Assembly (NCBI GenBank): GCA_036170915.1
Contig: JAVHQC010000025.1
Coordinates: 64,001-128,000, forward strand
Reading direction: 5' to 3'
Length of the DNA: 64,000 nucleotides
From: Cyanobacteria bacterium auto_48_18
GTDB lineage: Bacteria; Cyanobacteriota; Vampirovibrionia; Obscuribacterales; Obscuribacteraceae
Below are positions 19,572 to 29,357 of the stretch, piece after piece. Within the stretch, counting starts at the first letter, position 1. Every line of letters begins with the position of its first letter. Under the pieces are notes generated by a model that worked only from the letters and a program-made list of their open reading frames with translations, was not told the origin of the DNA and did not search any database. The position numbers and the translations under genes were made by a program.

Positions 19572-21371
19572 TCAGTCATCGATTTTGAGCAGGGCCATAA
19601 ACGCTTCTTGCGGAATTTCTACTCTACCCACGGACTTCATGCGCTTTTTACCCTCTTTCTGTTTGTCGAGGAGTTTGCGTTTGCGGCTGATGTCACCACC
19701 GTAGCATTTGGCAAGGACGTTTTTACGAACGGCAGAAATTGTTTCGCGAGCCACAATTTTGCCCCCGATTGCCGCCTGAATAGGCACTTCAAACATTTGC
19801 CGGGGAATCAATTTTTTTAGTTTTTCGGAAATAGCACGACCTGCTGTGTGGGCTCTATCGTAGTGAACAATGGCCGATAGCGCATCTACCTTGTCGCCGC
19901 CGATGAGAATATCAATTTTAACCAAACGCTCTTCTCTGAACTCTTTGAAGAGATAATCGAGGCTGGCATAACCACGCGAGCGGCTCTTGAGCTGGTCAAA
20001 AAAGTCAGTAATAATTTCAGCCAGGGGCAGATCGTAAACCAGCATGGCACGGCGGGCATCGAGATGTTTCATGTCAACGTAAACGCCGCGGCGCTGCTGG
20101 CATAGTTCCATCAAAGTGCCCGTGTATTCAGTGGGCGTGATGATATTGGCAGTAACAAAAGGCTCTTCAATGAAAAGGCGATAGGTGGGGTCAGGAAGTA
20201 GTGCCGGATTCTCTACCATCACCACTGAGTTGTCGGTCTTAGTGACGCGATACACCACAGATGGTGCAGTGGTAATCAGGTTGAGATTATATTCACGCTC
20301 CAGGCGCTCTTGAATAATCTCCATATGCAACAATCCCAAAAATCCGCAGCGGAAGCCAAAACCTAGAGCTTCTGAAGTTTCTGGTTCGAAAAACAACGAC
20401 GAATCATTGAGCTTGAGTTTATCGAGAGCTTCACGCAAATCTGGATATTGATCATTATCAACCGGATAAATTCCGGCATAGACCATGGGTTTTGCCGGGC
20501 GATAGCCCGGAAGTGCTTCCAGAGCAGGATTGCTCACCAGTGTGATGGTGTCACCCACTAGCGTTTCCACATCTTTGATTTGCGCAGCGAGATAACCCAC
20601 TTCACCAGGTCCAAGGCGATCTACCTTTACTTGAGCCGGACGCAAAACTCCCAGCTCAGCAATGTCAAAAACCTTGTCATTGGCCATAAAGCGAATCTTG
20701 TCGCCCACTTTAACTTCGCCGTCTTTAACACGGAAATAAACGATGATGCCGCGATAACTATCGAAATAACTGTCAAATATCAGAGCTCGTAGTGGAGCGC
20801 CCTGCGTATTGCGAGGCGGCGGCACAAATTTGACGATCGCTTCCAGCACATCTTTGACACCAATATTGTTTTTGGCGCTGGCCAAAATTGCTTCGTCGGC
20901 AGGAATACCGATGACGTCTTCGATTTCAGCGCGAATACGCTCGGGTTCAGCGCTCGGCAAATCAATTTTGTTGATCACCACTACTATTTCAAGATTGTTT
21001 TCTGAAGCCAGGTGCACATTGGCGAGAGTCTGGGCTTCTACGCCTTGCGTAGCGTCAACAATCAACAGTGCGCCCTCGCAGGCAGCCAGGCTGCGTGAGA
21101 CTTCGTAACCAAAGTCAACGTGGCCAGGTGTGTCAATCAGATTAAGAATATAAGTCTTGCCGTCGTCGGCAATATAATCCATGCGGGCCGCTTGAGCTTT
21201 GATTGTGATACCGCGCTCACGTTCGATATCCATAGAGTCGAGCACTTGCGCTTGCATATGGCGCTTGGCGATGGTATTCGTCATCTCCAGCAATCGATCT
21301 GCCAGAGTAGACTTGCCATGGTCGATATGGGCAATAATTGAAAAGTTTCTGATTAAATTGGGGTCGGTCAC
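19572..21371 (-). CDS. lepA: Translation elongation factor 4 (LepA)
   Basis: [56 protein letters not shown]. Confidence 0.98.
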   Translation of the reverse strand: MTDPNLIRNFSIIAHIDHGKSTLADRLLEMTNTIAKRHMQAQVLDSMDIERERGITIKAQAARMDYIADDGKTYILNLIDTPGHVDFGYEVSRSLAACEGALLIVDATQGVEAQTLANVHLASENNLEIVVVINKIDLPSAEPERIRAEIEDVIGIPADEAILASAKNNIGVKDVLEAIVKFVPPPRNTQGAPLRALIFDSYFDSYRGIIVYFRVKDGEVKVGDKIRFMANDKVFDIAELGVLRPAQVKVDRLGPGEVGYLAAQIKDVETLVGDTITLVSNPALEALPGYRPAKPMVYAGIYPVDNDQYPDLREALDKLKLNDSSLFFEPETSEALGFGFRCGFLGLLHMEIIQERLEREYNLNLITTAPSVVYRVTKTDNSVVMVENPALLPDPTYRLFIEEPFVTANIITPTEYTGTLMELCQQRRGVYVDMKHLDARRAMLVYDLPLAEIITDFFDQLKSRSRGYASLDYLFKEFREERLVKIDILIGGDKVDALSAIVHYDRAHTAGRAISEKLKKLIPRQMFEVPIQAAIGGKIVARETISAVRKNVLAKCYGGDISRKRKLLDKQKEGKKRMKSVGRVEIPQEAFMALLKIDD

Positions 21372-21510
21372 TGAGAGCCCTTTGCTAAGATCTGGCCACC
21401 GAGTACGGTTTATGAATGCTATCTATACTTGCAAGGTATATTAGCAGGAGTTTCGCCTTTCGAAATCGCGATTAGTTACTACTCAGCTCCAACAGGCGCC
21501 AGACGAACTT

Positions 21511-23496
21511 ATGTCAAATTCACAGAGTCCATTTTTAAATACCCTTAAACAGCGTCCATTGCTGACAGACGGCGGCATTGGCACCCTTTTGTATTCAAGG
21601 GGAGCGTCAACCGATGCCTGTTTCGAACACCTGAACATTACGCGACAAGAAACAATTCAACAACTTCACGTTGATTACATCAACGCCGGAGCTGAAATTA
21701 TTGAAACAAATTCTTTTTCAGGCAACAGAATTAAACTTGCCAATAACGGCCTTGAAAATGACGTCTGGAAAATCAATGTCTGGGCGGCAAAAATAGCCCG
21801 CAACGCCCGCGAGATCGCCGGGCAGCCAGTTTTTGTGGCCGGGTCAGTGGGCCCCACCGGGAAGCTCTTGCCACCTCTAGGCGATACGGCCTTAGATGAA
21901 CTCGATTATGCCTTTAAAGAACAGATGGAAGCCCTGCTTGCCGGTGGCGTGGATCTTTTCATGATTGAGACCATGTCTAGCCTGGAAGAAACGGCCATTG
22001 CCGTGCGCGCCGCACGCAGTTTGTCAAAACTGCCGGTAGTGGCACAATTATCGTTCTCGGTGGAGGGACATACTCTGCTTGGCGCCACACCAGAAGATGT
22101 GGCAAAATTGATTCGCGATCTAGGCGACGATATGCCTGATGTAATTGGTATCAACTGCGGTGCCGGCCCGGGCCCAGTCTTTGACTCGCTAATCAGATTG
22201 ACAGCGGCAATTCGCACTCTTAAAATCGATTCAGAGCGCCTGACTTTTTCGTGCCTGCCCAATGCCGGTCAACCAAGTTTGATTGGCGGCAGACCAATCT
22301 TTATGAGTAAACCCCACTATTGTGCTTCTTACATAGAGCCATATTTGCGAGCCGGGGCAAGAATCGTGGGCGGATGCTGCGGCACCACACCTGAGCATAT
22401 CAAAGAAATGCGCAAGAGCCTGGACGCCTACCTGGCCATGTCGGTTCAGCAGCAAGCAGCGTCAGCAGCGGCACAGGGCACTGTGCTCTTCCACCCTGAC
22501 TCGCTGGACTATCAAGATGACAATAAAACCCGCGATGGTCAAAAAGAAAAATCCACCGTCGGCACCGCATCTGGTGCCAGTGCTAATCTAAGCGATAGGC
22601 TCAGTGCAATAAAGAATGGTGACAGCGATGATTTTTATATTTCAGTCGAGCTCGACCCACCTAAAGGTGCCGGCACCAAGAAAATATTAGCCGCAGCAGA
22701 TTTGCTTTACAAAGCCGGAGCTGATGCCATAAACGTGGGTGACAGCCCCATGGCTCGCGTGCGTATGTCCTCGCTAGCCACCTGCCAGCTTATCAGTCAG
22801 CAAGTTGGTGTCGACACGATCATTCACTTCACGACTCGCGATCGCAATTTGATGGGCATGCAAGCCGATCTACTGGGCTGCCAGGCATTGGGGCTGAAGA
22901 ACATTCTTGCTTTGACCGGAGACCCGCCCGCACTGGGCAATTACGCGCACGCCACTGCAGTCTATGACGTAGACTCAATCGGTCTGATCAAGATAATTTC
23001 TCAACTCAATGCCGGGCAAGACATCGCCGGTAATACCATCGGCACTCCGCTAAATTTATCAATTGGTTGCGCACTTAATCCTACGGCACAAAACAGGGCC
23101 ATGGAAATTGAACGTTTCACGCGCAAAATTGAGGCTGGTGCTCACTTTGTTATGACACAGCCGATATACCAGCTGAGCGATCTGACCGATTTTCTTGATG
23201 AATTTGGTGAGCTTAACCTGCCGCTTTTAGTAGGCATTATGCCTTTGCATTCAAGCAAGCATGCTGAATATCTCCACAACGAAGTGCCAGGCATTTCTAT
23301 CCCAGAAAGAATTCGCCAGGCCATGGCTGAAGCAGGAGAGCAGGGTTCGCAAAAAGGGCTTGAGCTCGCCGAAGAGCTGCTCGGTCAGTTGCGACATATT
23401 TGTCAGGGCACTTATCTGGTGCCATCGTTTGGTCGCTACGATGACATGGCCGCCCTGGTGACCAGACTGAAATCTAAACACGTACAGAAAGTTTGA
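21511..23496 (+). CDS. yitJ: Bifunctional homocysteine S-methyltransferase / methylenetetrahydrofolate reductase
   Basis: N-domain DGGIGT, GINC, GGCCGTTP; C-domain VELDPPKG, DSPMARVRM, RDRNL, LTGDP, MTQP. Confidence 0.92.
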   Translation: MSNSQSPFLNTLKQRPLLTDGGIGTLLYSRGASTDACFEHLNITRQETIQQLHVDYINAGAEIIETNSFSGNRIKLANNGLENDVWKINVWAAKIARNAREIAGQPVFVAGSVGPTGKLLPPLGDTALDELDYAFKEQMEALLAGGVDLFMIETMSSLEETAIAVRAARSLSKLPVVAQLSFSVEGHTLLGATPEDVAKLIRDLGDDMPDVIGINCGAGPGPVFDSLIRLTAAIRTLKIDSERLTFSCLPNAGQPSLIGGRPIFMSKPHYCASYIEPYLRAGARIVGGCCGTTPEHIKEMRKSLDAYLAMSVQQQAASAAAQGTVLFHPDSLDYQDDNKTRDGQKEKSTVGTASGASANLSDRLSAIKNGDSDDFYISVELDPPKGAGTKKILAAADLLYKAGADAINVGDSPMARVRMSSLATCQLISQQVGVDTIIHFTTRDRNLMGMQADLLGCQALGLKNILALTGDPPALGNYAHATAVYDVDSIGLIKIISQLNAGQDIAGNTIGTPLNLSIGCALNPTAQNRAMEIERFTRKIEAGAHFVMTQPIYQLSDLTDFLDEFGELNLPLLVGIMPLHSSKHAEYLHNEVPGISIPERIRQAMAEAGEQGSQKGLELAEELLGQLRHICQGTYLVPSFGRYDDMAALVTRLKSKHVQKV

Positions 23497-24336
23497 TTAC
23501 TGACTGAAAATGGCTTGACTGCGTACCAGGCGCACGTGATTCTCCAGCTCGTGAGCTTGCCCGGCCCTATTGGTTTTGCGCAAAAGTTTGGCATACTGTT
23601 CTTCGACATCAGCAAAGCGTTGGTGATCTTTACCGTAGATTTTTTGTCTCACAGCCAGTGCGCGCTTGAAATATGGTTCAGACAATTCGAAACGAGTTTG
23701 GAAATAGTAAAGCCTGGCTAAATTTTTAAGCGAAGTAGACACCAGCGGATGTTCGCCGCCAAGAGACTTCTCTCGTATTTGCAGAGCTTCAATCAAAAGT
23801 GGTTCCATCTCACGATAGAGTTTGCGACGGCAATAATGATCTGCCAGCTTAGTCAATAAATCGGCCACATGAGGATGATCTTTGCCCATCATCTGTCGCA
23901 CTGATGCTACTTCCACCTCAGCGTCTTTGACTTGATCTTGCTCATCAGGAAAACCAGATGGCCAACCAAGCGCCATCGAGGCTGGAATGGCATCAAGTGA
24001 AGTAGACGAATCGGTAAGCGATTGTTTCCACTCGCACTGCGGGCGTCTATATATTGCACTAGGAATGGGGGAGGGTGCACTTTTCTGACGCACAGTGACA
24101 ACTTTCTCAAGACACTTCTTAGTATCCACTACCTCAGGACGGTAAGGTCCAAGAGTTCTCTCCATAATCTCAAGGGCTCGTCGATAGAGGGCCTCGGCAT
24201 CTTCGAGCATACCTTTATGGAAATAGAGATCCGCCAACTTAGAAACTGTTGCCGCCACCTCCGGGCTATTTTGTCCCAGGGCTTGCTCTTGAATGGTAAG
24301 GAATCTCTCTAATTCGGGGATCGTTTCACACTTCAT
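23497..24336 (-). CDS. Tetratricopeptide-repeat protein (kinesin-light-chain type)
   Basis: Repeats such as LGGEHPLVSTSLKNLARLY and LYRRALEIMERTLGP; ATG start at 24336. Confidence 0.85.
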   Translation of the reverse strand: MKCETIPELERFLTIQEQALGQNSPEVAATVSKLADLYFHKGMLEDAEALYRRALEIMERTLGPYRPEVVDTKKCLEKVVTVRQKSAPSPIPSAIYRRPQCEWKQSLTDSSTSLDAIPASMALGWPSGFPDEQDQVKDAEVEVASVRQMMGKDHPHVADLLTKLADHYCRRKLYREMEPLLIEALQIREKSLGGEHPLVSTSLKNLARLYYFQTRFELSEPYFKRALAVRQKIYGKDHQRFADVEEQYAKLLRKTNRAGQAHELENHVRLVRSQAIFSQ

Positions 24337-24801
24337 GACTGCCTCTGATTGGATTCTATGTCGCCGGGGCCTCAGGTCTGGCAGACCTGAGTAGCGCCTC
24401 AAATAGAAGTGGTTGATTGTGGACTGCTCAACATTAGTAAGTGGGTTCCGTGTGCGTTCGCTTGGTCAAGGCCAAAATTTCGGCCCTCGCTATCATTCTT
24501 ACCCGAATGACCTTCAGTTGATAGACAGGTACCCTATAACTTTGTACGGGATTCGTATAACTCTCTAACTTGTTGGCCCATTGGCATCAAAAATACAGGC
24601 CGGACGGGCACTTTGCGGCGCGACAAATTAAATCCTATAGGGTAACCGTAATAAGAATACGGGCAAGCCTATACGTGGGGCCTCCGGCGCTAAGCTAGCA
24701 TCAATATAGATAGAAGTATCATGGGTGATTTGACTAGCAACAGGCAAATAAGTGCTAGCAGCCAGTTATCTGAAGAGGCATAAGTGGGGTTGAATTGGGG
24801 G

Positions 24802-26289
24802 ATGGCATCCTTTAAAGATACGATTATTCGGCTGTTGAAAAACATTGTCGAAGAAGCTGAGCGCGAGAAAAAGGCAGCAGAATTAAAAACCTTATCGAGC
24901 CAATCAAAAGCCCTTCCGCCTGTTGCTGCAGCTGAAGCAGAAGCCGTGTCGCCTCAAATTAGCGAAAAAGTGTCCGAGCAAGTCAACACAACAGACGACA
25001 ATCACACCATTCACAGTTTATTGCACAAGGGCAAAGACAGCCTCTCTACGCGCTTTCTGGCCGGTGGGCAAATGGAATTTGCACTACCACCGTCAACTTT
25101 AGTTAGTGGTGATAACCCTAAACAGATTAGAGACCTCAATTATGCAGGCGACGAGCTTGATTCGTCGTGGCATCACCTTGAACCCGGAGCCGTTGTTGAA
25201 TCTCGTGTGGACAAGACCCCCAGAGTAGCCAGGATTATTAGCCGCGAAAATCAAACTCGCCTCTATTCAGGCTCTTCTGAAGAAGAACCAAGTTTGTTGG
25301 CCGCTCAATGGCAATGCACCCCTGACCGCAATCTGGTCAGCGACTCTTCTCCCACAGAAGAATCGTTCAAGAATGCGGCCGAAAATATTTCCACTTCCCC
25401 TGCCACTTTAGCCTGGCTATCGTCTCTGGTATCACCTGAAGTGCGTGCCTCTGTAGCAGCCAACGAAAAAACGCCTCCCGAAACCTTACGCAAACTAGCC
25501 AATGATGTGGATAGCAGTGTGCGACTCTCTGTGGCCAGCAATATCTCTACCCCAATTGATGTATTGCGAAGTCTGACTCGAGACTCAAGTAAGTTGACCG
25601 CCTCTGAGGCGCAATCAGCCCTGAGTGCCCGTGGCGATGTGGTGGAAGCTCAACGTAACAGCCACAATTTGCTCTTCAACAATCGCTTCAATACAACATC
25701 AAATCAACTTACTGCCTCTTACACCACCCTAGACGCTGTCGCTCCTGGTGGGCTGAACGATGGCAGCAAGGCAGACAGCGAATGGCAGTCGCTCAATTCT
25801 GACGGTGCAAAACAAGCTTACAAACAGCAAAAAGATACGGTCAAAGATCTAAAGTTCAACGCCAGTGTGGTCAACACCAACGGGCCACCCAAACAGATGC
25901 CCAGTTATCATGCCGCATTTGACAAACCACCAGAAGGCGCGTCACCAGCAGAAATTATTGCCTTCTATAAAATGGTGGCCACACGTTTGAGTACACCAGC
26001 GGAGAAGTTGCTTGAATTAGCAGCCAGCGAAAGTGTAGAAGTGCGCGCAGCAGTGGCCGAAAATATCAGCGCTCCGCTAGAAGCCTTCAAACTTCTAGCC
26101 AAAGACAGTCAGGCACAGGTGAAATTACGCGTTATAGACAACAGCAGTTGTCCCGCACAAGTGCTCGAAGAGTTGAAAGACGATCAAGACCCCTATGTTG
26201 GGTATGAGGCGAAGAACCAGATTAAGCGTTTGCAAAATGCAGCCATGCAAGAACGATCAGCCAACCATAGCCTGGAAGGCTTGCTCTAA
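24802..26289 (+). CDS. Protein with leucine-rich-variant/HEAT-like repeats
   Basis: Repeated VRASVAANEKTPPETLRKLA.D / VRAAVAENISAP units in two blocks. Confidence 0.75.
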   Translation: MASFKDTIIRLLKNIVEEAEREKKAAELKTLSSQSKALPPVAAAEAEAVSPQISEKVSEQVNTTDDNHTIHSLLHKGKDSLSTRFLAGGQMEFALPPSTLVSGDNPKQIRDLNYAGDELDSSWHHLEPGAVVESRVDKTPRVARIISRENQTRLYSGSSEEEPSLLAAQWQCTPDRNLVSDSSPTEESFKNAAENISTSPATLAWLSSLVSPEVRASVAANEKTPPETLRKLANDVDSSVRLSVASNISTPIDVLRSLTRDSSKLTASEAQSALSARGDVVEAQRNSHNLLFNNRFNTTSNQLTASYTTLDAVAPGGLNDGSKADSEWQSLNSDGAKQAYKQQKDTVKDLKFNASVVNTNGPPKQMPSYHAAFDKPPEGASPAEIIAFYKMVATRLSTPAEKLLELAASESVEVRAAVAENISAPLEAFKLLAKDSQAQVKLRVIDNSSCPAQVLEELKDDQDPYVGYEAKNQIKRLQNAAMQERSANHSLEGLL

Positions 26290-26317
26290 ATTAGGTGGGA
26301 AGGCTTGCTCTAAATTA
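26274..26317. repeat. 20-bp direct repeat at a convergent gene junction
   Basis: GGAAGGCTTGCTCTAAATTA at 26274 and 26298. Confidence 0.9.
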
Positions 26318-27670
26318 AGTTAGTGCCGGCTGTAGCTTTGATACCACCACTAGAGATTCTTCAAGAGCTTTGAGGAATATTTCAATTTGCTCGTACGAAA
26401 TTGTGAGCGGCGGCTCTACTCGCAAAACTCTGGCATTGATATAGGTACCAGAGATAAGAATATTGCGGGCAAACAATTCTTTTGCTACGGCATAGCCGGC
26501 CTCATTGCTGGTGAATTCCATACCAAGCATAAGACCAACACCACGTATAACCGAGAGCACATCAGGATAACGCTTGGCCAATTGATTCATCTTGGGAATC
26601 ATATATTCCCCTTTTTCTTTTGCCTGTTTAGGCAAATCTTCATCAAGCAAAACTGAAATGGTAGCGATAGCCGCAGCGCAAGCTAAGGGATTGCCACCAA
26701 AAGTGGTGGTATGTAAAAATGGATTTTCTACATATTTAGCCCATACTTTTTCATTGCCGACCACCGCACCAATCGGCATCACACCGCCGCCAAAGGCCTT
26801 GCCCAGCGCCATTAAGTCGGGCACTACACCCTCATAATCGCAAAAGAACATTTTTCCGGTACGACCCATTCCGCTTTGAATTTCGTCAAAGACAAGTACG
26901 GCACCATATTTGTCGCAAAGATCACGCGCTGCCTGCAAGTACCCGGGAGGCGAAACATTAATGCCACCTTCACCCTGCACCGGCTCCACCACAAATGCGG
27001 CCACTCGATCACCGTTAAAATCGGCGCAACTGAGAGCTGTTTCTAAAGCTTTGACGTCACCAAAGGGAATGTGACTCCATCGCAAAAGCGGCATAAACGG
27101 TTCACGGAACATGGCTTTAGAGGTTCCGCCCAAAGATCCCAATGTTTTTCCGTGAAAAGCGCCAACAGTGCCGACAAAATGTTTACGTCCTGTGGCCAAC
27201 ATGGCCATCTTCATACAACCTTCCACTGATTCGGTGCCTGAATTAGAGAAGAATGAGTAGTTAAGATCGCCTGGAGTAATGAGCGAGACCAGGTGTGCCA
27301 GGTAAGTGCGCAGTGGATCAATCAGCTCTTGTGAGTGAATCGCCTGGCGCTGAAGCTGCTCTGTTACTGCCTTTAATACCGTGGGGTGACGATGGCCTAC
27401 GTTGTAAACGCCATAACCGCCCAACATATCAATAAACTCTTTTCCGTTAATGTCGCGGAAAACTGCCCCGTTGTCTTCCCATTCCACCGCAGTGTAGTCG
27501 GTACTAACCGACTTTCTGTATTTGAGAAATCCGGCGTTGACGTGGTCTGTCCAGTAGCGAACCGACTCTTCAATGACTTTGTCGCGTTCGTCCTGGGTGA
27601 GCTCTTTCTTGCTGATCAGCTCCAGAACTTCCCTGGATTTTGCCTTAGCTTTCTCCAGATTTTGAGTCAT
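26315..27670 (-). CDS. patA: Putrescine aminotransferase (class III PLP)
   Basis: EFIDMLGGYG..NVGHRHP, HSQELIDPLR, NSGTESVE, FHGKTLG, DEIQSGMGRTG, HTTTFGGNPLAC; closely resembles E. coli PatA/YgjG. Confidence 0.85.
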   Translation of the reverse strand: MTQNLEKAKAKSREVLELISKKELTQDERDKVIEESVRYWTDHVNAGFLKYRKSVSTDYTAVEWEDNGAVFRDINGKEFIDMLGGYGVYNVGHRHPTVLKAVTEQLQRQAIHSQELIDPLRTYLAHLVSLITPGDLNYSFFSNSGTESVEGCMKMAMLATGRKHFVGTVGAFHGKTLGSLGGTSKAMFREPFMPLLRWSHIPFGDVKALETALSCADFNGDRVAAFVVEPVQGEGGINVSPPGYLQAARDLCDKYGAVLVFDEIQSGMGRTGKMFFCDYEGVVPDLMALGKAFGGGVMPIGAVVGNEKVWAKYVENPFLHTTTFGGNPLACAAAIATISVLLDEDLPKQAKEKGEYMIPKMNQLAKRYPDVLSVIRGVGLMLGMEFTSNEAGYAVAKELFARNILISGTYINARVLRVEPPLTISYEQIEIFLKALEESLVVVSKLQPALT

Positions 27671-27781
27671 TATGTTTACTCCATTATAATTACTGGCATA
27701 TTCTACGCCTGTGGGGCTTTTTTATCAAAAATGAGCCTTTTGGGCTACACTCCTGGTGGTCTAAAGGCATTTTCCAAATTG

Positions 27782-27808
27782 CAGAGAAATTTGCGCAAAT
27801 TTTCTCTG
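27782..27808. repeat. Dispersed palindrome CAGAGA-N15-TCTCTG (intergenic copy)
   Basis: CAGAGAAATTTGCGCAAATTTTCTCTG. Confidence 0.75.
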
Positions 27809-27903
27809 TAGCCTGAAAGCCACAAGCAGCATACTCTCACAGCAACATTGGCCAAATTGAGGCTTAAAAGAGTTCATTGCGCGAGCTTTACAGAGCCAAT
27901 AAC

Positions 27904-28431
27904 TCAGGGTACTACGCCCCGACTCCACTTCGAATTTTCATTATCGAGAAATTTATACATGCGCACACAGCTCATCTCGTGACCGCCTGGCAAAGGCTGG
28001 CGACCCAGGCCATCTGCCACAAAACCGTTAGCCAAATAAAAAGGTTCTGCGTTCATGGAAGCATTGAGGTTGAGCCAGTCACAGCCGGCATTTTGAACCG
28101 TGCGCTCAAGCTCGCTAAGCAGGGCGCGGCCAATGCCTTGCCTGCCCAGGCGCGGCAAAACATAGCAGGCTCGCAACTCACTTAAACGCGGTACGACGAT
28201 GCCAAAGCCAACAACGCCATTGTCCATAGTGGCCACGCGCAACACTTCATCTTCTTTCTGCGGGCGGTTGAGAAAATTGGCTATGCGCTGTTCGTCTACG
28301 GGCGGCGACCAGTCATCAAGAATTTCTTCTTCATAGTAATCCACAGGCTCACCATGAACCGCTGCATAATGCACGTCCAGGATGCCCTTTATCTCTTCCT
28401 CTGTGGTCAACGCTTTGCGAATAATCAACAT
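27904..28431 (-). CDS. GNAT family N-acetyltransferase
   Basis: YVLPRLGRQGIGRALL acetyl-CoA motif A; NAEPFYLANGF. Confidence 0.9.
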   Translation of the reverse strand: MLIIRKALTTEEEIKGILDVHYAAVHGEPVDYYEEEILDDWSPPVDEQRIANFLNRPQKEDEVLRVATMDNGVVGFGIVVPRLSELRACYVLPRLGRQGIGRALLSELERTVQNAGCDWLNLNASMNAEPFYLANGFVADGLGRQPLPGGHEMSCVRMYKFLDNENSKWSRGVVP

Positions 28432-28464
28432 ACAGAGGAATTATACAGCTCTTAAATCAGGTCA

Positions 28465-29346
28465 TTAATAGCTGTTAGCCTGAAGGCGACCATTGCTTTT
28501 CATGGAAACACTGCTTGGCGGAGCAAAAAGGTCGCGCACGGCAGGATCGTAACTAATTAACGTTTTGACTGGGCGCGGCTTGAGATTCAAATCTTCCAGG
28601 CGGGCGAAAGGCTTCAGAAATGACATCAAAGCATCCACATTTTCTGAATTGACACCACGATCAAAATAAAATGAACTGAAAAGTTTAGCGCGGCCATGCA
28701 AAGCCGGTGCACCGGTAATATTCACCAGGGTGCCACCATTAGCAAGAGGGCAAAGATTTACGGTCAGATAATTTGTGGCATATTCACTTTGTTGCAACTC
28801 TAGAAGCAAGTGACCCGACTCCACATCAGCCAGTAAAATTTCATATCCTTCCAGCTCGGCCAGGGCAAAACCCACCAGGTCACAGGCTTCGTCAAATGAC
28901 TGAGGTAGTTGAATCGAGCGCCTGCCGAAGGCTTTGCCGAATTGACCAAGCTGCCAGGTGCGCACAAAGCTTAAAAACGACAGCAACACGGCTGACGCGA
29001 TAGACCCGCAGACAATGCTTGATAAAACCCACTGAATAACCAGATGATGATCGCCGGCGGACCAGAAAGTTTTTCCGGTGACAACAGCCACGGGGAAGGC
29101 CAGGGCGATAGGCACAAAGAACACCGCGCTGAAAGCGATGCCGGCAATCAAACCGATAAGCAGGCATTGAACGAAAAACGGTGCTCCGTCAAGATCACCG
29201 ATGGCGCGGTCAAGGTCTACTATCTTGCGACTTTGCTCTATGGAAGAGCGCACTCTTTTAGAACTATGCATGCGAAACCTAAACTGGGGGTTAGTAAATG
29301 CCGACCTATCCAGATTACAGGCGACTACGTGGCAAATACGTGACAA
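28465..29346 (-). CDS. Hypothetical membrane protein
   Basis: Two hydrophobic segments; 11 bp downstream of metH on the same strand. Confidence 0.6.
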   Translation of the reverse strand: MSRICHVVACNLDRSAFTNPQFRFRMHSSKRVRSSIEQSRKIVDLDRAIGDLDGAPFFVQCLLIGLIAGIAFSAVFFVPIALAFPVAVVTGKTFWSAGDHHLVIQWVLSSIVCGSIASAVLLSFLSFVRTWQLGQFGKAFGRRSIQLPQSFDEACDLVGFALAELEGYEILLADVESGHLLLELQQSEYATNYLTVNLCPLANGGTLVNITGAPALHGRAKLFSSFYFDRGVNSENVDALMSFLKPFARLEDLNLKPRPVKTLISYDPAVRDLFAPPSSVSMKSNGRLQANSY

Positions 29347-29357
29347 TGGAAGTGAAA

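Noticed and set aside
21372..21510. SAM riboswitch upstream of yitJ
   Set aside because: No recognisable SAM-I core motifs by eye; an Rfam scan would be needed to exclude other classes
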